64,000 nt of DNA, from the NCBI GenBank assembly GCA_038871515.1, contig JAVZHX010000002.1, forward strand, positions 207,847 to 271,846, written 5' to 3'. Position numbers and translations under genes: made by a program. Source of the DNA: Candidatus Micrarchaeia archaeon. GTDB taxonomy: Archaea > Micrarchaeota > Micrarchaeia > Burarchaeales > Fermentimicrarchaeaceae. The notes beneath the pieces are model-generated. The model was not told the origin of the DNA. It worked only from the letters and a program-made list of their open reading frames with translations, and searched no databases. Positions 30,388-39,227 of the stretch are shown here, in pieces. The stretch's first letter is position 1. Every line of letters begins with the position of its first letter.

Positions 30388-31390
30388 GATTATGTCTAAT
30401 TAATTGGGATGACCGTAAGCCTTTTTCTGGGACTTCATAATCTTTAGTGGGGGTCCGCCTGCCAGGTGTGTAATCCGGCAGGTGTGCAGGACCCCGGAGG
30501 TTAAACAATGTATAAACAGATGGATTTGGATAGCTGCGCTTTTAGCTTTTTCCCTCACTGCAAGGCATGCGGCAGCCTTGCAGTTGTTAGGGACGGCAGG
30601 TACAGGAGAACGCATGATAGGGTGTACAGGTGCAAGCACTGCGGAGCCAGATGCATTCTTGGCAGGAGTGACCTGTACAGGATGAGGAATCACAGCCATG
30701 CGGTGTCTCTGGCTGTGGAGCTATACTCAAGAGGTGGCCTTTCATTCAGGACTGTTGCAGCAATCCTGTTGAAATATCTTGGAGTGAAGGTTTCGCATGG
30801 GGCTGTTGCATACTGGCTCAGGAAGACTGCAAGAAGTCCTTGGATTCCCAAGCTGATTCCTGAATGTTCCCCAGTCTGGCATATTGATGAGACGTACATC
30901 AGGATAAACAAAGAATGGTGGTGGCTCATTGTGGTGTTCTGCTCCACAAACAAGCTTGTCCTCTCCTGGAGGCTTGCAAGGGACAACAACTGCAAGGAGC
31001 TTGAGGCAGCCCTTAGGCAGGCTGTGGAAAATGCAGGCTTCCGCCCCAGGGAGATAGTCTCAGATGGTAATGTGCACACTCCCTATGCAGTGAAACAGGC
31101 GTTTGGCTGGAGGTTTGTGAAGCATAGAATAGAGAGAGGAGTGGGGCATAACAACCCAGTTGAAAGAAATTTCAGGGAAGTGAAAAGAAGAGTGAAATGG
31201 TTCTCATCATTCAGAAGCAGAAAATCTGCAGAGGACTTCTTCACAGTGTTTTTCTTTGCTCATAATTTCCTGAAAGCGCATAGCAGCTTGGGATGGAGAA
31301 CACCTGCCTGTGCCGCAGGGATAAAACAGGTCTCACTCAAAGAACTCCTAGAAGCCCACCCGCCCTGACCCTAGTTATTTATACATTATC
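30388..31390. mobile_element. IS6-like insertion sequence with degenerate terminal inverted repeats
   Basis: Left end GATTATGTCTAATTAATTGGGAT (30388-30410) vs reverse complement of right end GATAATGTATAAATAACTAGGGT (31368-31390), 17/23 match; no target duplication seen. Confidence 0.55.
30508..31368 (+). CDS. IS6-family DDE transposase with N-terminal Zn finger
   Basis: PHCKAC...YRCKHC, HTH GLSFR...VSHGAVAYW, WHIDETY, IVSDG, NNPVER, RTPA; GGAGG RBS. Confidence 0.85.
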   Translation: MYKQMDLDSCAFSFFPHCKACGSLAVVRDGRYRRTHDRVYRCKHCGARCILGRSDLYRMRNHSHAVSLAVELYSRGGLSFRTVAAILLKYLGVKVSHGAVAYWLRKTARSPWIPKLIPECSPVWHIDETYIRINKEWWWLIVVFCSTNKLVLSWRLARDNNCKELEAALRQAVENAGFRPREIVSDGNVHTPYAVKQAFGWRFVKHRIERGVGHNNPVERNFREVKRRVKWFSSFRSRKSAEDFFTVFFFAHNFLKAHSSLGWRTPACAAGIKQVSLKELLEAHPP

Positions 31391-31501
31391 CTGAGTTTCA
31401 GCTGTCGTAGTTAAGTTATGCAATTCACGAACGTGTTGAAAAAATAAAATTCAAAATTCACGTCGTAAAATTTTGATAAAAAATTGAAAAAAATTGCTAA
31501 A

Positions 31502-31518
31502 CCGAAAAGTATTTAAAT
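31502..31518 (+). promoter_or_regulatory. BRE/TATA promoter of ftsZ
   Basis: CCGAAAAG-TATTTAAAT about 35 bp upstream of ATG 31551. Confidence 0.55.
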
Positions 31519-31550
31519 GAGTGCTTGCGAAATGTTAAACGGCGATCAGT

Positions 31551-32612
31551 ATGGAAGGACTTATAAAATCGGTTATTGGAGAGCGTAATTCATCTGAGTT
31601 GGATGAATTTGGTGGAGAACAGATCAAAATTGTGACAGTGGGGGTAGGAGGAGCGGGGAACAACACGGTGAACAGGTTGATAAGAGCCGGTGTAAAAGGC
31701 TGCAACCTGTTGGCAGTGAACACGGACAAGCAGCACCTCAACATGATAGATGAGAGAGCGAAGAAGCTTCTCATCGGCAAAAGCATTACCAAGGGTTTAG
31801 GTGCTGGAGGTTACCCAGAGATAGGGACGAAAGCTGCAGAGGTGGATAGACCGTTGCTTGAGAAGGAGCTTTCAGGTGCGCATCTTGTTTTCCTCTGCGC
31901 GGGAATGGGCGGTGGAACTGGTACGGGGGCTGCGCCTGTTGTTGCTGAAATTGCAAAGGAGCAGGGCGCGATAACTGTTGCGATGGTTACCTACCCATTC
32001 AACCTTGAGAGGGCAAGAAGGGTGAAGGCAGATGAAGGTATTGCAAAGCTGAGGAGAGTGACTGATTCTGTGATTATACTGGATAACAACAGGCTTGTGA
32101 AAATAGTGCCAAATCTACCTATGAATGAAGCGTTTGCGGTTGCAGACGAGATACTGGCGAAGGCAATTGGCGGTTTGGTTTGGACGATTACCCAGCCAAG
32201 CTTGATAAACATAGACTTTGCAGATGTGAGAGCAATAATGGGTGGAGGAGGAGTTGGGTTCATCGCAGTGGGAGAGGGAAAAGGAACTGATAAAGTGACT
32301 TCTGCTGCTGAGGGAGTGCTTAAGAACAGGTTGCTTGACGTTGACTTTGAGGGAGCAAGCGGTGCATTGATACACATCTCGGGTGGCTCGGACCTTACGC
32401 TGGGAGATGCGATAAAAGCAGGTGAAATTGTCACGGAGAGAATGGATCCGCATGCAAACGTGAAGTGGGGCGCAAGGTTGATACCTGGGTACGATGGGAA
32501 GCTGGAGATTGTTGCAATAGTGACTGGGGTGAGGGGAGCAAGCATACTTGGAAAGCCAGTTGAGGAGGCAAAGGAAGCAGTTCCATACGGCGATATAGAG
32601 GTAATCGGTTAG
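31551..32612 (+). CDS. ftsZ: Cell division protein FtsZ (FtsZ2-type)
   Basis: [42 protein letters not shown]. Confidence 0.95.
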   Translation: MEGLIKSVIGERNSSELDEFGGEQIKIVTVGVGGAGNNTVNRLIRAGVKGCNLLAVNTDKQHLNMIDERAKKLLIGKSITKGLGAGGYPEIGTKAAEVDRPLLEKELSGAHLVFLCAGMGGGTGTGAAPVVAEIAKEQGAITVAMVTYPFNLERARRVKADEGIAKLRRVTDSVIILDNNRLVKIVPNLPMNEAFAVADEILAKAIGGLVWTITQPSLINIDFADVRAIMGGGGVGFIAVGEGKGTDKVTSAAEGVLKNRLLDVDFEGASGALIHISGGSDLTLGDAIKAGEIVTERMDPHANVKWGARLIPGYDGKLEIVAIVTGVRGASILGKPVEEAKEAVPYGDIEVIG

Positions 32613-32631
32613 TTTTTTCATTTTTTATTTT
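32613..32631 (+). terminator. Oligo-T terminator
   Basis: TTTTTTCATTTTTTATTTT directly after the stop codon. Confidence 0.5.
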
Positions 32632-32646
32632 CATGGGGTGACCAGT

Positions 32647-32730
32647 ATGAGCATAGGAGAAAGAAAAGCGCTAGCGCTAAGAGCGATGATTGAGAATATG
32701 AATAAGGAGCTGGAGGATGAGGAGGATTGA
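32647..32730 (+). CDS. Putative 27-aa microprotein between the ftsZ paralogs
   Basis: MSIGERKALALRAMIENMNKELEDEED*, preceded by a GGGGTGA RBS; below the ORF-track length cut-off. Confidence 0.5.
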   Translation: MSIGERKALALRAMIENMNKELEDEED

Positions 32731-32766
32731 TGTTTTTTTGGGTATAACAACTATGAAGGTGTTATT

Positions 32767-33843
32767 ATGGAGAGTTTGATTGAATCTGCGTTGAGGAACA
32801 CGGGCAGAATGCCCGAGGAAACGAAGGTGGAAAAAATGGATGATAGGATTAGAATCTGTGTAGTGGGAGTGGGAGGAGCAGGGTGCAACACAATAAGCAG
32901 GCTGACAAGGATGGGGATAAAGAGCGCAGACACAATTGCGATAAACACAGACCACAAGCACCTGCAGATAACGGAAGCTGATAAGAGGCTTCTGATTGGC
33001 AAGAATATAACGAAAGGTTTGGGTGCTGGTGGTTTCCCTGAGATAGCGCAGAAGTGCGCTGAGGCAAGCAGGGATAAGCTCAGGGAGGTGCTTGCTGGAA
33101 GCGAGCTTGTGTTTATTGCAGCAGGTATGGGAGGAGGAACTGGTACAGGGGCTGCGCCTGTTGTTGCTGAAGTTGCAAAGGAGCAGGGCGCAATTGCGGT
33201 TGCAATAGTCACCTATCCATTTTCTCTTGAGAGAGCGAGAATTCAGAAAGCTGAGTGGGGTTTGGAGCAGCTGAAAAGAACAACAGACACAGTTGTTGTG
33301 ATAGACAACAACAGATTAGTTAGCTATGTGCCAAACCTTCCAATGAATCAGGCGTTTGCAGTTGCGGATGAGGTGACTGCAAGGGCTGTTAAGGGAATTT
33401 CAGACACAATTATGTTCCCAAGCCTGGTGAACATAGATTTTGCAGATATACGGGCGATTATGAGCAATGCAGGAGTTGCAATAATTTCAGTTGGAGAGGG
33501 GAAAGGAACTGATAAAGTGAATGCAGTTGTCCACAACACGCTTGAGCACCCACTGCTTGACGTTGATTACACTGGTGCAAAAGGTGCATTGATACACATT
33601 GCAGGAGGCCCACAGTTAACACTGGGAGAGGCAACACAGATAGGAGAAGGTTTGACAAGCGCGTTTGACCCGAATGCCAATGTAATTTGGGGAGCAAGGT
33701 TGTCTCCAGAGATGGGAGATGAGGTAGTTGTGACAGCGATTATGACAGGTATAACCTCCCCGCACGTGCTCGGCAAGATAAAGGAGGATCAGAAGGCGCT
33801 TGACAAGATGGCGCTGGAGATAGACAGCATACAATACCTTTGA
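32767..33843 (+). CDS. ftsZ: Cell division protein FtsZ (second FtsZ2-type paralog)
   Basis: [49 protein letters not shown]. Confidence 0.95.
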   Translation: MESLIESALRNTGRMPEETKVEKMDDRIRICVVGVGGAGCNTISRLTRMGIKSADTIAINTDHKHLQITEADKRLLIGKNITKGLGAGGFPEIAQKCAEASRDKLREVLAGSELVFIAAGMGGGTGTGAAPVVAEVAKEQGAIAVAIVTYPFSLERARIQKAEWGLEQLKRTTDTVVVIDNNRLVSYVPNLPMNQAFAVADEVTARAVKGISDTIMFPSLVNIDFADIRAIMSNAGVAIISVGEGKGTDKVNAVVHNTLEHPLLDVDYTGAKGALIHIAGGPQLTLGEATQIGEGLTSAFDPNANVIWGARLSPEMGDEVVVTAIMTGITSPHVLGKIKEDQKALDKMALEIDSIQYL

Positions 33844-33859
33844 TTTTTTCTCTTTCTTT

Positions 33860-34771
33860 TTATTTTAAGAAGCTTGGCAGTGAGGAGTAGGAGGACTCCA
33901 CAAAAGCACCAACTGCAAGAAGAAGAGTTGCAAGCAGAAGCAGTTTGGCAACGTCAATGAGAAGTGGTTTGAAAATATAGGTTCTTTTGTATGCTTTTCT
34001 TTCTATTGCAACAGACAGAATTCCACCGGCAACGCTCGCCATGAAGAATGCGGAAAACTCCCATATTCCATGAGGAAGTAGGGAGAGAATTCCCTGAAAG
34101 GAACCGATGAGGAATGCAGCTGGGTAGGAAAGCACTCCAAGCGATGAGAAACTTGGAAGGATGCTTCTTATCCCTGCCTCAAGGAATAAACCGATAACTG
34201 CTGCGTTCAGAACGAGAAGGAAAACTGCTCCTATGCTGTAGATTAGGGAGAAGACAACCATTATCAACATCAGTTTGAAGTTGTGGCAGAAAATTTCAAA
34301 GAAGTCTGCGTTGAATGGGTTTAGCGCTTGGGAGCTCATCACGCTTATCATCAACCTTTTAACATCTGAGAAAACAAGATTTGAGGATTCTTCTGGCATG
34401 ATGGAGGAGGTGAATGCAAAGCCAATCACGCAGCCAATGAAAAAATAGGTGTAAAGTTTAATTATCTCGCTGTAGAGCGAGGAGAGCCCTTTCTTTGCAT
34501 TCTCAAGTTTTTTTGGAGGTATTGCTGAGATGAATTTTATAAGAATCTCCTCCCCTCTCTCCTCACAGATTGTCATTCTTATGAAAAACGGAATTGCGGG
34601 TATCACTGTGAGCGCTATTATGAAGAAACCCATTGGAGGCTGATGGCTCATAACAGCGAGTATTGTTGAGATGCAGACGAAAATGAAACCAACAGCAGAG
34701 ATAAGGGAGGGTTGCTTGCGAACCTTTGCAATTTGAAAAATCTGCTCAACAACCATAAGATATTCTCTCAA
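33860..34771 (-). CDS. SpoIIM-family membrane protein
   Basis: IFCHN, LNA, PHGIWEF, GAFVES; multi-TM. Confidence 0.75.
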   Translation of the reverse strand: MREYLMVVEQIFQIAKVRKQPSLISAVGFIFVCISTILAVMSHQPPMGFFIIALTVIPAIPFFIRMTICEERGEEILIKFISAIPPKKLENAKKGLSSLYSEIIKLYTYFFIGCVIGFAFTSSIMPEESSNLVFSDVKRLMISVMSSQALNPFNADFFEIFCHNFKLMLIMVVFSLIYSIGAVFLLVLNAAVIGLFLEAGIRSILPSFSSLGVLSYPAAFLIGSFQGILSLLPHGIWEFSAFFMASVAGGILSVAIERKAYKRTYIFKPLLIDVAKLLLLATLLLAVGAFVESSYSSLPSFLK

Positions 34772-34792
34772 CCCTTATTTAAATGCTTAGCT

Positions 34793-35271
34793 TTAAAGAT
34801 TCTGGGATACATGCTGGAGCTTGCTCCTTATTTGGGTTATTCTGCTCTCATCCAAGCTAAGCAAGATTTTCTTACATTTTGCAATATAATTTGGAGCTTC
34901 TTCAATCATTCTCTTATAAAGCATGCGGGGAACTTCTTTGTCTACATAGTATTGAGCATCAATCCTTGCGTCTAACGAATCCTCCAGTAATATTAACTCT
35001 GCGGATTCAAAGTAATCAGACAGGAAGCGCTTAGCAAACTCTATCGTGCAGGTGTGTATCTCGCATTTCACCCTATTTTCATGAGAATTGCGTATACTGA
35101 AAAATATATGGTGTAATACGCTGTTGAGATTTTCCAATCTCTGCTTTTTGCCAACCGCATTGTTTCCAGTGATTCCTCAGCTTTTTTGATGTACGCATCG
35201 GCTAGATTGCTGTTTGGCTCGGTTAGCTCAATTCCATTTTTCGTTTTGAGGCACCATTTGAGTTTACTCAT
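34793..35271 (-). pseudogene. HEPN-domain protein, frameshifted
   Basis: AYYTIYFS...MKIG* continues as VKCEIHTCTI...RIDAQY in another frame; one G is missing in the GGG at 35071-35073. Confidence 0.75.
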
Positions 35272-35861
35272 TTCAAAACCTCTGCCACAAAAACGTCAGC
35301 ACCAGAAATGATAATGTGGTTATCAGTTATTTCTTTTAATAAAATACTTTCCTTAATTTTTTTCTTAAAAAGTTTCATAGGGTAATTCTTTACGTTAACT
35401 TTTATTCCGTACAAATTTGAAATTTTTTTAATCGCATTGTCGTTATAGGAACCTGCAATGAAAATATCAAGGTCAGAGCTTTTCTTTTGCACTCCTTTTG
35501 CATAACTCCCAAAAATCACAAGAATGCCTTCTATGTGAGGGGTTATTTTCTCAACAATTTCCCTGATTAGCAGATTGCTCTCAAGAAAAGAGATTTTTTT
35601 GTATATCTCTGCCAGTGTCAGGTATCCCTCCGCAGTCTGGCTTTTCTTAATTTTATAAATTTTTATCTTTCCTTTCTTATGCGATTCCAAAACTGCCTTC
35701 CTTTCAAGATCCTCTAGTATAAGCTGGGCTGTCCTTGGGCTTATCCCAAGAAGCTTCTGAACCTCTCTTATGTAATACTCTTTATCAAAGCCCGCTGTGA
35801 AGAGGGTAAGGATTTGTAGGTGATTCTCAGTGATTCTTAATTTGTCTGTTTTTTTATACAT
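35268..35861 (-). CDS. wHTH + minimal nucleotidyltransferase (MNT antitoxin-like)
   Basis: N-terminal HTH YIREVQKLLGISPRTAQ; FGSYAKG...SDLDIF; ATGA overlap with the HEPN gene. Confidence 0.85.
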   Translation of the reverse strand: MYKKTDKLRITENHLQILTLFTAGFDKEYYIREVQKLLGISPRTAQLILEDLERKAVLESHKKGKIKIYKIKKSQTAEGYLTLAEIYKKISFLESNLLIREIVEKITPHIEGILVIFGSYAKGVQKKSSDLDIFIAGSYNDNAIKKISNLYGIKVNVKNYPMKLFKKKIKESILLKEITDNHIIISGADVFVAEVLK

Positions 35862-35963
35862 ATGTATTATTTATAATACAATAGATTTAAATTTCTTTCT
35901 CTTCTTAAAACAGCGGGACTGAAAGAATATGTGCTTAACATCTTTCAGGATGGAAATATGGGA

Positions 35964-36920
35964 TTAATCCTTGATGAACACGGGAAGTATTAAACGGAGT
36001 ATGAGCAATATTGAGAGTAGCATTGCTCCAAGCCACATGGGCCAGGAGGGGTCAACTGCTTTCTGTTGCTGCGGCGGAGCAGTTTCAACAACAGGTTTTG
36101 GGCACGCACCGCAGTCCCTCGGGCAACTTGAACATGTTTCGCCTGCGTTGCATGTTCCATCTCCGCAGAATGGAGCAGGTGGTTTCTCTTCTGGCGGGAG
36201 TGGTTTAGATGAGAGAGTTGTTCTGTTTGTTTTTGGAACGTAGTTGTAAACAACATATTGGTAAACTCCCTCCTGCGCTGCAAGGAAGCTCCCTTCCCCT
36301 GTTTCATTTGTTATGAAAGTAAGCCTCATTTCCGAGGGAGTTACAACGTCTATAATTGCATCTGAAACAGGGGCACCATCCTCCCTAGTTATTTTTAAGT
36401 TAACAACTTCTCCCGGTGTGACGTTTTCAGGAGCGTCAAGCTCAACAGCCACAGTTGGGGTTTCAACAGGAGTTGGTGGGTAATTGCACGCACCTGCTAT
36501 GCACCTCCCAACACAGCACTCCCCTGATTCAGCGCAGGGAGAGTTAATCTGTTTGCATACGCTTCCCTCTGGCGAGAAGTTCACCGTGAGCATCACTGTG
36601 CTGTTGCCCATTATGTTATCTAAAGTTATCCCTATATCACCTATTCCATCCTCTGTCAAATCAAGTATTTTTGTCTCCCCAACTCCTGGAGCAACCCTTG
36701 CACCAGAAATTATGAACGTTGCAGTTTCCCTGGTTAAACCAACAAGAAGAGTTGGGTAGGTTGACTCGCCAAATGAGAAGTTTAGCTGCTCCCCAGGAAT
36801 CATCAAAGCTGTTTCCTGCGCTGCTGCAAGGGAGATTATCAGGAGGAATGTGAGTTGTTTTGTTGACACAAAGGTAATTTTGTTTGCAGTGTTTAAATAC
36901 TTAATCTGCAGCCCATTCAT
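35964..36920 (-). CDS. Secreted, C-terminally anchored protein with Cys-rich and Ig-like modules
   Basis: Signal-like N-terminus (start likely near 36870), CKQINSPC...CC...C, CGDGTCNAGETCSSCPRDCG, C-terminal TM. Confidence 0.7.
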   Translation of the reverse strand: MNGLQIKYLNTANKITFVSTKQLTFLLIISLAAAQETALMIPGEQLNFSFGESTYPTLLVGLTRETATFIISGARVAPGVGETKILDLTEDGIGDIGITLDNIMGNSTVMLTVNFSPEGSVCKQINSPCAESGECCVGRCIAGACNYPPTPVETPTVAVELDAPENVTPGEVVNLKITREDGAPVSDAIIDVVTPSEMRLTFITNETGEGSFLAAQEGVYQYVVYNYVPKTNRTTLSSKPLPPEEKPPAPFCGDGTCNAGETCSSCPRDCGACPKPVVETAPPQQQKAVDPSWPMWLGAMLLSILLILRLILPVFIKD

Positions 36921-36936
36921 GGTAGAGACGCAATTA

Positions 36937-38247
36937 TTACTCAGAAAGCAACCATCTCCAAAGTGGAATGAATTTCACTTCCTTCTTTTTTACTCTTTCC
37001 GATCCCTCATAATCCTCTGTCACAACTACCAGGTTGTTGCATTTCAATTCATTTGAAGCTTTGAGCAAAGCTTGAATTTCACGCTTCTTCACTTCTGCTT
37101 TCTCAACGCTACGACACGCTTGAATCAACTGCAGTTTTCCCCTATTTTTCACTACAAAATCCACTTCTTTGCCTCCGTTTCCCTTCCAGTAGTAAACCTC
37201 AAGAGTTGGGATGAAGCTCTGCCTTCTCCTGAGTTCAAGTGCAACCGCATTTTCAATTATTCTTCCTATATTCTCAGAAAACCTGAAACCAATTGCATTT
37301 GACAAACCGGTGTCTATCGCATAAACTTTCCTGGGGCTTTTTTCCTGCTCTTTAAGGGAGAAGGAGAATCTCTTAATGAAGAATATCAAGTTCGCAATTT
37401 CAAGGTAGTTGGAGAATCTCTCAGTAGTTTTTAGAGGGATTTTTAGGAATTCTGAAATTCTGCGGAAGGTGACAGGGGAGGAAACGTTTGAGAGGTAGTA
37501 TTTTGCAAGCACGCGTATTTTTTCCCTTTCCCTTATTCTGAACCTGTCCACAACATCCTTTAGTACCACTGTGTCAAAGTAGCTAAGCAGAATCCTCAAT
37601 TTTTCATTTGACAAAACTACCTCTGGAAAGCCCCCGAATTCCAAGTATTCCTTCATGTATTTTTTTATCACAAACCTCTTCTCAACAAGCTCCAGCTTGT
37701 TTTTAACCTCAATTTTTTTGAACTGCAAAAACTCCCTGAAGTCCAATGGGTATATGAAGAAGTTAAGAGACCTGCCTGTGAGAAGCGTCGCAAGCTCTTC
37801 GCTGAGCATCTTTGCGGATGAGCCAGAGATTATGAGCTTTGCTTCCCTTCTCTCATGAATTCCTCTTGCAAACTTCTCCCATTCCCTCACTGTCTGGATT
37901 TCATCTAAAAAGATGAATCTGTTTTTTGGAGATTTGAATTCCTCCATGTAGGTTTCATAAATATCTCTGAGAAGCTGGAGATTTCTTTCTCCAAACCTCT
38001 CATCTTCAAAGTTCACTATTAGAATGCTGTCTTTTCCTACACCTTTATTCATCAACTTTTTTGCAAGCTGTCTGAGAAGAAAGGACTTGCCCGCCCGTCT
38101 CACCCCTACAATAGCCAGTATGGTGTCAGTTGTGTTTAGTATATTGAACAAAACATTTAGGTATTCTTCTCTCTCGATACCTATGGGTTGCTCCTTGCTC
38201 CAGAAATTCCAGTCGTTCAATACTTCAAGTATCCTTTCTTTCTCCAT
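36937..38247 (-). CDS. AAA+ ATPase (COG1373; AAA_14 + DUF4143)
   Basis: GVRRAGKS, NFEDER, FLDEIQ, LLTGR, GGFPEV, KVYAIDTG, EVDFV...IQAC. Confidence 0.9.
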   Translation of the reverse strand: MEKERILEVLNDWNFWSKEQPIGIEREEYLNVLFNILNTTDTILAIVGVRRAGKSFLLRQLAKKLMNKGVGKDSILIVNFEDERFGERNLQLLRDIYETYMEEFKSPKNRFIFLDEIQTVREWEKFARGIHERREAKLIISGSSAKMLSEELATLLTGRSLNFFIYPLDFREFLQFKKIEVKNKLELVEKRFVIKKYMKEYLEFGGFPEVVLSNEKLRILLSYFDTVVLKDVVDRFRIREREKIRVLAKYYLSNVSSPVTFRRISEFLKIPLKTTERFSNYLEIANLIFFIKRFSFSLKEQEKSPRKVYAIDTGLSNAIGFRFSENIGRIIENAVALELRRRQSFIPTLEVYYWKGNGGKEVDFVVKNRGKLQLIQACRSVEKAEVKKREIQALLKASNELKCNNLVVVTEDYEGSERVKKKEVKFIPLWRWLLSE

Positions 38248-38302
38248 AGTGTATCTTTTATGACACACTATTTATAAATTTTGTGTTTCTTGTGACACAC
38301 TA
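38248..38302. promoter_or_regulatory. Paired quasi-palindromic operator sites flanking the TATA box
   Basis: AGTGTATCTTTTATGACACACTA and TTGTGTTTCTTGTGACACACTA; TGACACACTA repeats at a 32-bp period. Confidence 0.55.
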
Positions 38303-38471
38303 ATTAAAGGCCTTTACTCGGTAGAGGTAGAGTCCACATAAATTAGGGGGCACACCCTTCGTTATAATCTTTTTGAAGTGCAACGCAAGTATTCATTGTC
38401 AATGAACAAAAGTGTTCACTGGTAATGAAAAGATTAAATAATAAACTCTTTAAATAAGAAGTGGTGAGAGG

Positions 38472-38750
38472 ATGGAGCTGCTTGGAAAAGCATTGGAAGT
38501 TCTTCCGATACAGTATGATTCAAAGAATGGCTCAATCACCCTGCATGAGCAGGGAATTGATATAAGGGCTGGAGTGAGGATTCAGGCTCCTTTTAATTAT
38601 GTTGAATCCATCGCAGAGGAGAAAAAGCTTGCACTTGCAAAAAGCCAAGCAGTTATGGTTGTCTACAACATGCTTGGAGACAAATTTGAATTGAGGTTTA
38701 TTATTGCGGAGAATCATCTTGCAATTCTGAAAAAAGCCTGCGGAAAGTGA
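38472..38750 (+). CDS. Hypothetical protein (92 aa)
   Basis: GGTGA RBS and upstream BRE/TATA; paired palindromes TTCATTGTCAATGAA and TTCACTGGTAATGAA at 38392-38429. Confidence 0.6.
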   Translation: MELLGKALEVLPIQYDSKNGSITLHEQGIDIRAGVRIQAPFNYVESIAEEKKLALAKSQAVMVVYNMLGDKFELRFIIAENHLAILKKACGK

Positions 38751-39082
38751 CTATTCTGCTGTGAGAATTGTCATAAAGTAGAGCCTCTTTAAGCTTGCAT
38801 CAGCTTTATCCGGGGAATCTGTTATCACTGCATTATTGTGTGAGTAGAGTTTTAATTTAAATTCCTCTGCAAGTTTAATTATATCCTCATTTTGTATGTA
38901 AAGATACGTGCTGAACCATCCATATTTTACACCAATCAAACCATATCTACGCAGCACGTATATGTACTTGTCAAGCTCCTCTTGTCTATTTTAACTGTTT
39001 TTGAAACCTCCCTTGCAGTAGTCATTCTCTTCTTCTGAATGAGCTCAAACACCTCATCAATCTTTGTTTTTATCTCTTCCAT
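38751..39082 (-). pseudogene. wHTH protein, frameshifted
   Basis: MEEIKTKIDEVFELIQKKRMTTAREVSKTVKIDK joins EELDKYIYVLRRYGLIGVKY if one base is added near 38980. Confidence 0.6.
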
Positions 39083-39227
39083 TTTTTCAACTCGTTTTCA
39101 GCACAAACAGTCTGTTCACCCTGTTTTATTTTGTTTTTCTCTATATTTAAATGTATGTATCATATCTGATTATTTATAATATATGAATGATGCACATAAT
39201 CCAGATAAAAATAAAAAAGAAAAAGAG

